Shown piece after piece: positions 1-11,600 of a stretch of DNA of 61,899 bases. This stretch comes from Reclinomonas americana ATCC 50394 (taxonomy: Eukaryota): NCBI GenBank assembly GCA_048213135.1, contig PS015047.1, positions 36,165 to 98,063 on the forward strand. Reading direction: 5' to 3'. The notes beneath the pieces were generated by a model. The model saw only the letters and a list, made by a program, of their open reading frames with translations. It ran no database searches and was not told the DNA's origin. The position numbers were made by a program, and so were the translations under genes. Each line of letters opens with the position of its first letter. The first letter of the stretch is position 1.

Positions 1-54
1 TTCCAGCTTCGCTCCCCTTGTGTGCGCTGCTCACCTTCTCTTTTCCTCTCGCAG

Positions 55-728
55 CATGCTGGAACACAAGATGCGCCTGGAACGTGCGAAACGAAGGCAG
101 GCGGGCGACACTGAGTCACCGAGCGACACTCGTGCGCCGTCACCCGACAGCAACGCTACGCCACCGTCGACCACTGCCGTCGCCGAGGCGCTGCTGCGTC
201 GGCGTGCGAGTCTACCACCACTGGCCGACTCACCGACGGTGCCGGGTGCGGCCACCAAGCTGCTGGCACAAAAGGCACTGGAGAGATCGGGAGCCATGCA
301 GAGTCGGCACGATCGGGTGCGCCACATTCTCTTGTGTTCAAGAGAAGATTTGTGTAGCTCATCATTTCTCGCAGCGTCACTCGGTCACCGAGTTGCCGCT
401 GCGTGCGGGCTCACCTGCCAGCGAGCAGTTCGTAATCAGAAGCTCTCCCAGCTGCTCTCTCACCACCGCCTCTCACCCATACTGTGCATGCAGAAACTCA
501 CGAACCTCCTCGCCATCCTCCAACGCCGCCCCTGCGGCACGAGCCGCGGGCTTCTCTTCCGTGGCCGACGACAAACCACAGGTGGTGGTCGTGGTGGCCT
601 CGCAGTTGCGCGCTGTCGTCGTCGTCATCACTGCTGCTGCTGCTGTTTGCATGCTCACTCGAGCCGCAGAGACAAGCCATCGACGCCAATGGCTACGATA
701 GAAATCGGCAGGCAAGACGGCGTCGGCG
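55..728 (+). CDS. Partial multi-exon gene, low-complexity hypothetical protein (5' end outside the window, 3' end possibly in the N gap)
   Basis: Polypyrimidine-CAG acceptor at ~54, exon reading MLEHKMRLERAKRRQAGDTESPS...SRHDR, GTGCG donor at 328 and further short exon candidates at ~375-430 and ~494-580. No recognisable domain. Confidence 0.4.
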
Positions 729-1693
729 NNNNNNNNNNNNNNNNNNNNNNNNNNNNNNNNNNNNNNNNNNNNNNNNNNNNNNNNNNNNNNNNNNNNNNNN
801 NNNNNNNNNNNNNNNNNNNNNNNNNNNNNNNNNNNNNNNNNNNNNNNNNNNNNNNNNNNNNNNNNNNNNNNNNNNNNNNNNNNNNNNNNNNNNNNNNNNN
901 NNNNNNNNNNNNNNNNNNNNNNNNNNNNNNNNNNNNNNNNNNNNNNNNNNNNNNNNNNNNNNNNNNNNNNNNNNNNNNNNNNNNNNNNNNNNNNNNNNNN
1001 NNNNNNNNNNNNNNNNNNNNNNNNNNNNNNNNNNNNNNNNNNNNNNNNNNNNNNNNNNNNNNNNNNNNNNNNNNNNNNNNNNNNNNNNNNNNNNNNNNNN
1101 NNNNNNNNNNNNNNNNNNNNNNNNNNNNNNNNNNNNNNNNNNNNNNNNNNNNNNNNNNNNNNNNNNNNNNNNNNNNNNNNNNNNNNNNNNNNNNNNNNNN
1201 NNNNNNNNNNNNNNNNNNNNNNNNNNNNNNNNNNNNNNNNNNNNNNNNNNNNNNNNNNNNNNNNNNNNNNNNNNNNNNNNNNNNNNNNNNNNNNNNNNNN
1301 NNNNNNNNNNNNNNNNNNNNNNNNNNNNNNNNNNNNNNNNNNNNNNNNNNNNNNNNNNNNNNNNNNNNNNNNNNNNNNNNNNNNNNNNNNNNNNNNNNNN
1401 NNNNNNNNNNNNNNNNNNNNNNNNNNNNNNNNNNNNNNNNNNNNNNNNNNNNNNNNNNNNNNNNNNNNNNNNNNNNNNNNNNNNNNNNNNNNNNNNNNNN
1501 NNNNNNNNNNNNNNNNNNNNNNNNNNNNNNNNNNNNNNNNNNNNNNNNNNNNNNNNNNNNNNNNNNNNNNNNNNNNNNNNNNNNNNNNNNNNNNNNNNNN
1601 NNNNNNNNNNNNNNNNNNNNNNNNNNNNNNNNNNNNNNNNNNNNNNNNNNNNNNNNTATTAGGCAGCGAGGACAGGCGGGAATGCAGACGTAC

Positions 1694-2217
1694 CTCGCCA
1701 TTCGGTGGATGCACCATGCGCAACGGACACTCGGATGGACCAGGGCACTGTGAGCGGGCAAGGTGTGAGCGACAGGTGGTAGGTCCACGAATCACATCCA
1801 GGATGCACGCAACTGGTCGGCAGAAATTCGACAGATCCGCACGTGCAGAGTGACAAGAGTCGCAGAAACTGCATACGAAGTAACGAGTGAGCATCACACC
1901 GTTAGGACTATGATGCACAGACAACAAGACGCAACTGCTGGAGTCGAGACAGGCACGGGGAGGGAAGACAGAAAGTGAGCAATAACACAGACTGAAAGAT
2001 AAAAGCACGCAGATTTCTACTCACTGTCTGCATCGGCGGAAAACAGACGATAGAGGAGAGCAACAGTGAGAAGACAAGCAAAACACGCATGACAGGTAAT
2101 CGATGTTCGCAGCAAACCGTCTGCAAAACAGACACCAGTGAGTAACACAGCAGACACACCATCAGACAGCATGCAAGAGCAACTGACCCCAAAGCAGAAC
2201 CACACGCTGTGGTTGCC

Positions 2218-2255
<38 letters not shown>

Positions 2256-5200
2256 GAGGCGGCAAGTAAGAAACGAGTGCACGCGCGTGAACACACTCAG
2301 GGGCATCGACGCAACGCAATACTGCAGCAGAAACTGGCGACACACAATCGATGACACGAGTGAGTACGACGGATAACGATTGATAGAAATGAGGCTGGCT
2401 GGTCAATAATGATCTCACCGACACTGACAACAAGAAGCGCACAGTGTAAGCACAGTGAATACACACAAGACAAGACGAACTGTAACCAACCTTGAACTGG
2501 AGAAGGCGCGAGTAACGTCACAGAACACACAAATCGCAAGTGAGTGACAATGAATACGAGAGACTGGCAGCGAAACGCGTACCTCCCTGCATCACACACA
2601 ATAAGTCACAAGAAGCAAGAAGAACACCGATAATCAGTGCAGTTACTCACAAGAATGCAGTATCATGCTTGGGGCACGACAAGGCACCGCCAGCCACACA
2701 GCCTCCACACACCAGCTCGCTTGGATCAAAGTTGGCAGGATTCTCCGCGCCGCATATCCTCTCACCGCCAAAGTATGGTCGCTGAACGAGCACAATGAGC
2801 AATTCAGAGCAGCGGTGTCCAATCTCCTTCTCTTCCTCATTTGCTTACATATGACCAACATATAAGGAGACACTGTGCTGCACAGTTCACAAAATAATCT
2901 CCATATACAAGCTTGCACAAAGAGCTCAGAAGAGTGACTGTTCAAATCGCACAGTCTATACTGCACACAAAAGCTGACAAAAGAGCAATGGTTCGGCGTA
3001 TTGCTTCCAGCTCACACACTGTTGCTCGTCCAGTCTCTCATCCACAAAAGAAAGTGCGAGAAACAAGACGTGAATTAATTTCACCAACTCTTTCATCATC
3101 TCTCACCTCCCAGTCTTTCATGTCCGTTCTTTCTCTCTCTCTCTCTTTCGATCACTTGCCTGATCTCAAACACCTGTCTACTTGCACCTTTTCTCTTCTC
3201 ATAAACGACCTATGTGTCTATCACCTCATCCTTCCCCTTTCCCACCCTCCCCTCTTTCTCTTCCCCTTTTACCCTCGCTCACCTGACACCTATGGCACAA
3301 ATAAAAGTTGTACCGATGCAGACCATATCCAAGTGGATCACCAAAGAACTGACTGCCCTCGGTGGTGATCTCGGGGCACGATTCGAGCGCATCGAGTCGC
3401 AGCCGAGCAAGACACTTGTCCTGCGCGTTTTCAGCTGTTCAGCAAACTCGCTGCACAGAACTATTCTGTGCAAGAAGCAGAACGCACCTTGACATGCTCA
3501 AAGAGTTCACGCACGGGAGCCATGAGTGGCTCCAGCGACTTGTGCGACATGGTGGTCTTGCACAGCGGGCACTGCGAGAACGAGAAACTGATGCGGCTCC
3601 CTGCAAAGCCGAAGAGTGAGTACACGATCAAAGAACTCACCGCCACGCGATGCAGGTGACCAACCGCTCCATCTGGCCGTCAACATGCTCTCCACACACT
3701 CGGAGTGGAAAATGTGACCGCACTCCAGTCGAATGCAAGGCGCACAGCTCAGCGGTTCCGAGTAGCAAATCGGGCAGTAGTCCGAATCGTCCTGTACAAA
3801 CACACACACACACACACGCATCAGCACCATCTCTGTGTCTTCTCTCATCACAAACAGTCGCGCACCACCGCCGTCTGCGTGCATCCGTACAAGCACGGCA
3901 AGTGTTCCGTTTCGTTGCAAATGCCATGGCAGACGTGTCCGCAAGGGAGAAGCGCGCGACAGCTCTTCTGACAGCGCGACTCGCACGCAGGCTCCGTGCA
4001 CACATTGGAGAGTGCCGGCGACAATGGCTGTGTGCACAAAGTGATGAGACTGGCGGTAACACGAGAATACTGTGCCAACAAAGAGCACGAACCGCGGTAC
4101 ATCGGTTGGCGTCGGTGAGGGCAGACTCGCAAAAGCGGCACGTCTGCGGTCCGTCACCGCGATCGGCTGCGCGCACCTCAATCACCGCCTTGAAAGTTTG
4201 CGGGTCGACCAACGCCATGAGCTGCATGGCGCGGAGAGTGGTACACCGCAGGCGCACGCCGCCCGCTCGCCACTCGACCGACACGGCCGGCACTACTCGC
4301 CTCACAATTGTGTCCTTGAACTCATCCGATATGTCTGATGAGAGGTGGGAATGGTGAGTATTGTGACCAGACAAAGAGACAGACAGACGAGTGGATCGAC
4401 AATGACGCACTGCGGAAGCACACACAAGCGCAGGCCTTCCAGATGGCCAGCGTGCTCTCAATCACATCAATCGTTCCCGCGACATGCATCAACGACGAAA
4501 TGTGCTCGCCACACGCCTCCGCCAGCGCCTCGTCCCACAACTCGCTTTGCGCGGCGACCGCTCGCAACAGCGCACCGATCTGGGCGAGCGAGTCAGAGAT
4601 CCAAGATAGACACCAAGAGCTCATGAGCAATAATTTGCAAACCTCATCGGCGATTTCGGCAGTGACCACAGTGCGCATGCACAACGCGGCGCAGCTGCGT
4701 AACCTAGTCGACCGCGTGACACCCACTCGCTGATCTCGAATGTCGGTGGTCAGCGCACGGGCAAGCGACAGGAGAAGCAGGTCCACCACTTCGCGTGTGC
4801 CACTGGCGTGCGTTTGTTCCACGCCTAAAGTGGTGAACGGGTGATGAATACGCTTTCAATCATATACGCGAGAGCAAATGGCCTGCGTCTCTCTCAAAGC
4901 CACTCCGATGTTTCCACCCTTCCCCTCTTTTGCACTTGACAAGGAACTCGAGCGCAACTTGCTTCTGTCAGTCACCAACTCTCCCTCTTGCCTCCTTCTC
5001 ACCCTTTCCCTCACCTTACAACACCCAATCAGATGAGCGCGTTTTCTCAAAGCCTCTCCTTCTCTCTCACGCCATTCTCTCTTTCACTCCTTCTCTCCAA
5101 TGCTATCATTTGCACTTTCCAACTATACAAAAGCAACTGGTATTTGTATCTCGCCAAGCCTCCCTTCCCTCTCCCCATCTCTCTTCACTCTCCTACCAAA

Positions 5201-7200
5201 CCAACGATCGCAACAGGCCAGATTCTTTCTCGCACTTACTCTCATCCCCTCTCTTTCTCCCCACCCCCCCCCCCCCTTCCCTCCCTTCCCTTTCCCTATT
5301 CTCGCACTTACCAAGGTCATCGTGCAGACCACATACGGCACTGTCGAGCACAGCCGAGTCCGCATTCAACAACACCTTTTTCAAGATGTGCAGACACGTC
5401 CGCTGCGCTCGCACAGTGGCCGTCGACATCAGGCACTCGAGAAGCACCTGCGCACAGCGGATGAGCAAAGAAAGCAAAGAGATTGAAATTCAACAGAAAC
5501 CGCACCTGCACGGGGAGCGGGCGACACACGAGGTTCAACCCAACGGCGGTGGAGCTGAGCAGCTGCATCACTGAAAGGAGCTGGAACACTTGCGTTTCGT
5601 CCTTGTCGGACAGCGCGGCGACATTTAGTGTTCTGTGCATCACGCTAATGAGAAATCCAAAGAAAAGGGGGGAAGTAAACAATCAGTGCTCGACACACCG
5701 CAAGTGGTCCTCGGGTTCGTCAGCCTCGCGCACAGGTGGAGCATCTCGTTTGAGAATGGCCTTTTCACCGGCACTCTGCATGAGGAATGCGGCTCTCTCG
5801 CGCTGTGATCGCACGAGGCGGGGTGAATCCCTTTGCAACTCTCACGTAATCTCTCACAAACACTCCGCACCTGCACAATCTCCTCGTAGTGCTGCCTGTC
5901 GTTCAGCACATTGTTCGCCGTCTCCGAGAGGTCATCGTGGCACTCACGCAGCGCGACGTACGCCACATCCAGCGGCAAACCGAGCATGCCCTGCAACTCA
6001 CGTGCCAGTGGCAGTCGTGAAGCGGCATCAACGACGCCCACAGGACCTGATGGCAGCACTCGGTGAGCAATATCGTGACGGATCCTTCCATCCCCATCAA
6101 CAACACACCTTCACGATGCACCCACGAGGCAGCCTGTTCCACCCTGCCGCGTACTTTCTGATGCCAATCCTGCTGCGCCGGTGCACGCGACGGACCTTCG
6201 TTCACAGAATCCGCAGCGACGGCTCCCAGAGTGCGGGCCGCATACCACCACAACTTGTACACGTCAAAGACGGGCAGCTCTTGCGGTGCGACCTCGTACT
6301 TTTCCAGTGCACTGCAGAGAAGAAAAGTGAGCAGCACGCGGGAGAGCGCTATTTGGTGAGAAAACTCCTCCACGCAACTACTGCACAATGTGCATGTCGT
6401 AGTGATCGCTGATGAGAGTCTGGATCATCTCGCCGACCTCGGCAAAGCAAATCTAACATCACCCACAAAGTAAAAGTGAGCGATAATCGAAGTACGTCAA
6501 TTGCAGACAGGAGCCTATTTCGCACCGCTTCGTCCTCGGAACGCTGCAATCGTCGGCCGTCGATTTGAGGCGAATCTCCTTTCAGTAACCTCTCCGCCTC
6601 CTCAACCACGCCACACGCGAGGCACAGCGCATGCAGGCAATCGAGAGCGTCGCGATGGAATGTGGAGGCCAGCTGCACGGATTTCATGTGCCGTGATCGA
6701 GCACTTAAGTTGGAGCAATGTGAGGGCACACGCAGAGACGAAAAGACAGGTAGCATCAACGGGGAGCAACACGCACACGTCAACATTCATGAGGCAGTCT
6801 TCGAGGGTGGCAATGGCCACCTCTGGCGGCAGGCCGAGCGCGGACAATTCGCGGACGTGCACCAAGCGGGCGCGAACCTTGCTCTCCTCGTCGCGATAGC
6901 GCAGCATCAGAGTCGACGCGGCGGCATGTGAGCACGACAGGTCGGTGGCGATCGCTTTGATGCGCATCTCCCGGACGTCGTCCTCCGACACGTGTTTCTC
7001 GGTGGTCAGCAATGTGGCCGACTGGGAATGGAGAGGAAGGATTGAGAAGGCGATGTAACGAAATGGGGAATGAACACACAATCAACAGTAAATACAACAA
7101 GCGGAACACAACCACAACCGCAATTAACGCGCAAGAACATGATTAACCAAGAGCAAGAGAGACAAACGCGCGAACAAGCAAAGATAAGCACAACTTGAAA

Positions 7201-7261
<61 letters not shown>

Positions 7262-8603
7262 CCTCCCTTCTCCCCTTCTCCCCCCTCCTACCACTCACCG
7301 CGACAGCCTCGGTGGACCGACTCTTGCGCACAACATTGCGCAACAAGTGGAACACCAGCTCGAAAATGTCGCGCTGCATCTTGCGCATGCGACCGTGCGC
7401 GTGCGACGCACTCTCCGTCAACACATCCACCGACTGCGCACACGGATGAGAACAAGACCGAGACTACACCAATGGTGGGCGAGGGGAGGACTCACATCCG
7501 ACTCGGCGCCGCCGTCGAGTCCAGCCAGCATCGATTCCAAATCGTACAATGACGCGGTGAACGCAGCATCTGTGGTCGCCGGGCCGCTGCCACTTGCTCC
7601 ACTGCCGCCGGCGTTGCCACCGTGTTCGCCCGACAGATAGCGATCGGCGAGTCGCGAAAACGTTTCAAACACATAGTTTTGCGTTCTGTGCGTTGCAAGC
7701 AAGTCACAGCCATGCACTCCACAACCAGCGTGTCGCACACAAGACGAAACTGCACATTCTGCGCCATTTGCGCCTCGGGCAGCTGAATGCGTCTCTCCTG
7801 GTACAGCCGAATTTGGCGCACACGGGGAGAGCTGTGGTTGGGCAGCGAGAAGACGAGGAAGTAGGAGCGTGGAGAACACAGTTGCTCGGCGGTGCCCGGC
7901 AGTCGGAACTTGACCCAACCGGTGAGCGCCGAGTCCGACACCTCGGTCGGCGCGTGCACACGATCGCCGTACGTCAGCGTGACCGTTTGCGGTGTCTGTG
8001 ATCGGCTATGAGAGAGAAAGAGAGGCATGCACAATGTGGAAAAGAATGGATGACGGAACATTCTCTCCATCGCGCAGTCGATCCAACTGCACAGCCAGCT
8101 CGGCCACCGGCACTGTGGTGGCGGCCACCGCCACTTCCACCGGACTCATGCCTGGAATCGTGCCGAATGTGTTGGGGCTCTCGTCCAGCAGCAGCACGCT
8201 CTGTGCGATTGGTGTGTGATCAGTAAAGAGAGAGAGGGAGGAGCAGGAGAAGGACAAGAAAAGGAGCAGGGTGAGAAAGGAACGAGAACATGAAGAGGAA
8301 AACAACGAGACAAAGAGGAAGAGGAGGAGAAGGAGGGCATAGAACAAGCAGAAGGAGAGAATGATATGATACTGATAATGATGAGAACAAGAAGAACAAG
8401 AACAAGATGAAGAAGTAGGGAGGAGGATGAACAGGAATGAGAACACCAACTTCTACAACCAGAGACGACGACGACGACAACAACAACAACAACAAGTAGA
8501 AGAAGAAGGAGGAGGAGAAAAACAAGAATAAGTAGCAGGAGGAGAGGAGAACAACAACAACAGCACTAATAACAATAACAATATCATCATCATCATCAAC
8601 AAA

Positions 8604-8638
<35 letters not shown>

Positions 8639-11600
8639 CGGAGTAGAAGAAGCAGAAAAAGAAGAACGAGAAGTAAATTAAGAAGAATGAGACGAAGAGG
8701 AAAACGCCATATAGACCAACACCGACGCCAAGACTGGCATAACAACGACAGCAAACAAGGAGATGCAGACATCGATCCGCAATCTCTACATTCACGAAGT
8801 GCACGACTAACACATACATCTTCGAGCGGACGCTACAACTGAACACACTGCACCGGATATACCCTCTCTTCAAGAAACAACAGAAAAGCTCAAGCATACG
8901 CAAAAAACACTAAAACGCAATTGCATGCATCTCTCTCACTATCGCTGATGGGAACTAAGGCAGAGGAAACGTACATCCGTTGTCTATTACAGCCGTCCCT
9001 CCCTCTCACCCTATCCGTCTCCCTTCTCTTCACCCTCCCCTTCCCCTTATCTCACCCCTTGTCCCTTATTTCCCCACGTCGCCCTTCCCCTAATCTCCCC
9101 CTTCATCCTTCCCCTTTCCCTCGACTTACCACCACCGACGGCAACGACGGCAACGAGAAAGTACCCTCGACGCCCCGCTCCTGCGAACCCGGCAGCGACT
9201 GCCCGGTGCGAATGGACGGCGCGGAGGCGGGAATCAGAGATCGCCGTCGCGACTCTCCAGCCGACGATGCCGTCGCCGCCATCATGTGATGCATGACGGG
9301 GAAGAGCTGCGCGCGGTTCAGCAGGTCGTAGTCCTGACTGCGGAACGGCATGCGGAGAATCTTCAGGATGAGATGGCTGACGGTCGGCGCCGTGTCCGAA
9401 TCCTTGAGCAGGCGCGTCATGGTGGTCAGCAACGTGAGGAACTCGAGTTGCAACAATGTGGCCACGGTGACGCCGCAACCCTCGCAGTTGCTGGCGAAAT
9501 GCATGGCGGCGTCCTTCTCCTCATCTACGCACAGGAGAGAGAGAGGTAAGTCAAAAGCAGCCTGGCGATCTCCCCTTTTTTTCTCGATTCATGGACCTGC
9601 ACGCTGCTGATTGTCGCGGGCCTCTGCTTGATCGGCAGACAGGTACTTGAGACCGAGTCGCGAGGCCGGGTGGCACATAAAGTGCGCGAGATGCCACAGA
9701 ATGTCGTGCGACACCGAGGTGCGGCCGTATATCCTCAGCTGACGTGACGCGAAACGGAAGCTCTGCGCACGGAGGGAACCGCGTTGTCGCCGCTGCGGCA
9801 TAATGTTGGCCACTTGCGTGACGAGCGTGCCGACGCGCTGCTGCAACTCGCTGCTGACACTTCCACTCTGTGCGACGAGGGATGAGTGCACACAAAGGTG
9901 AAGATCCGCGCTCCCCAATACAAACCTGTGTGTAGCGTGACACGAACGGCGACACATCGTGGCTCGGCAGCTCAATGTGCATAAAGGCGACCAGCGCACG
10001 TGCGAATCGGTCAACTGTGCGCGCCGCCATGGCCACACTCTGCGCGTGAATTTCATCAAGCTGCCGCTGCCGCACCTCCACCGAGCTTGCCGCCGACCCT
10101 GTGGCCGCGGAGCGACCCGCAGCTGCAACAGGAGGTGAGGCACGGACAACAAGCATGGTATCGATGTCGATTACACTCACCAGCACGCGCCTGCTCCTCG
10201 AAGAAGCGCGACGGCGACGCGGAGGCGAACGGATTGAAGGGGGTGATGGGAGTGAGCGGCGTGGTCGGCGCCGACGGTTCCCACGATTCGGTGCGTTGCG
10301 CGTACACGGCAAGCTCCGAGGCCGACTGCGTGCGTGCCAAGAGCACACCGACTGCATGGCTTCGAGTAAGCGCAAGTTGACAAAACTCATTCTCTCCGCC
10401 ACTCGCTCACCCGAGGTCTCCTCGTCGGGGGCACCACGACCACCCGACAGGTCCGCCGACGACTTGAGTTGCGGCGGAAGGAAGTGCCGCGCAAACAGCA
10501 GGACCACCATGCGCTGCATTGCCGAGTCCAACAGATGCGCTTGGTACTCTGCAGGCAGGAAAGGAGATGAGTCCATTGATACGCACAGGGGAAGAACTCA
10601 AGACGCAACGCTTGGCATTCTTGGCCAGTGGCGAATTGTTGGCCGAGGCCACCACCGCGTCACACACTCGCTTGGCATTCAACCAGAATACGCCCAGACG
10701 CACAAGGTCGTGCGTGTGCACCAGCTCTTCGTCGGCTGTCAGGTCGGCGTCATCCTCACGGCGCAGCACATCGAGTGCGCTGCAACAATACAGTGCGGTC
10801 AGCCCATGTCCCTCGCCGAGGCATTACCATAAAACTGCCACCACTCACCGCTGAAACTCGGCCGACGGCGACGAGTGCGCAATGAACTTGAGCATCAACG
10901 CAAATGCCACACGCGTGAGGTGAGCCAGCGCCAGCTCGTTGTCCTTGGTCAGCTTGTGCGCCGGTCGCACACCAGCCGCCGCAGACGCGTCACCGCCAGC
11001 AGAGGCAGCAGCGCGAGCGGCGCTCTCGGCGAACGGATCGTGCGCTCCATCGCTGAAGAACGCCGGCGACACAATGTCGTGCGACGACGAACCGAGACGC
11101 GACAGCGGTTTGACAAGATCGGCCAGCGAGCATTGTGTCTCCAGCAGTTGCACCAAACGACCGGCGGTGCTCTCCGGCGCCACACTCGCCGCGCACAACT
11201 CGTCCAGCAGGCTCGCGGCCGCCGTCGACAATTCGTGATTCTCTTGAGGCAGCTGCAGCAATGCAAAAGTCGGTACTGCAACTAATCAATGGACGTCGTC
11301 GATCGCACAAACCTCGACAAACACAGGCTCGCCCGTCGCCGAGTACCGCGTGTCGGTAACACTTTGGCTGACCAAGTAGCGTGGCTCGAGGCTGTTACAA
11401 GGAAATGGTAAGTCTCATGGAGGTTTGCGAAAGACCTTCAAAGTCGCACGCACCCGCCCTGCAACAAGTCGCAAGTAAACAGTGGCGCATACATGCGCTC
11501 GGCGAGAGCCGACGGGTGTCCGTGCGCCAGCTCGGCACACATGGAGGCGGCCAGTGAGCTGCACGACTGGAAGAGGTGCGCTAGGGGAGAGAGTGTTCTG

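Noticed and set aside
20-2008. ORFs of 377-577 aa spanning the first N gap
   Set aside because: They are artefacts of translating through Ns.
1869-2650. Introner-type recent intron invasion as the cause of the micro-exon chain
   Set aside because: The nine introns share no visible sequence similarity or terminal repeats beyond splice signals, so a recent single-family insertion burst is not supported.
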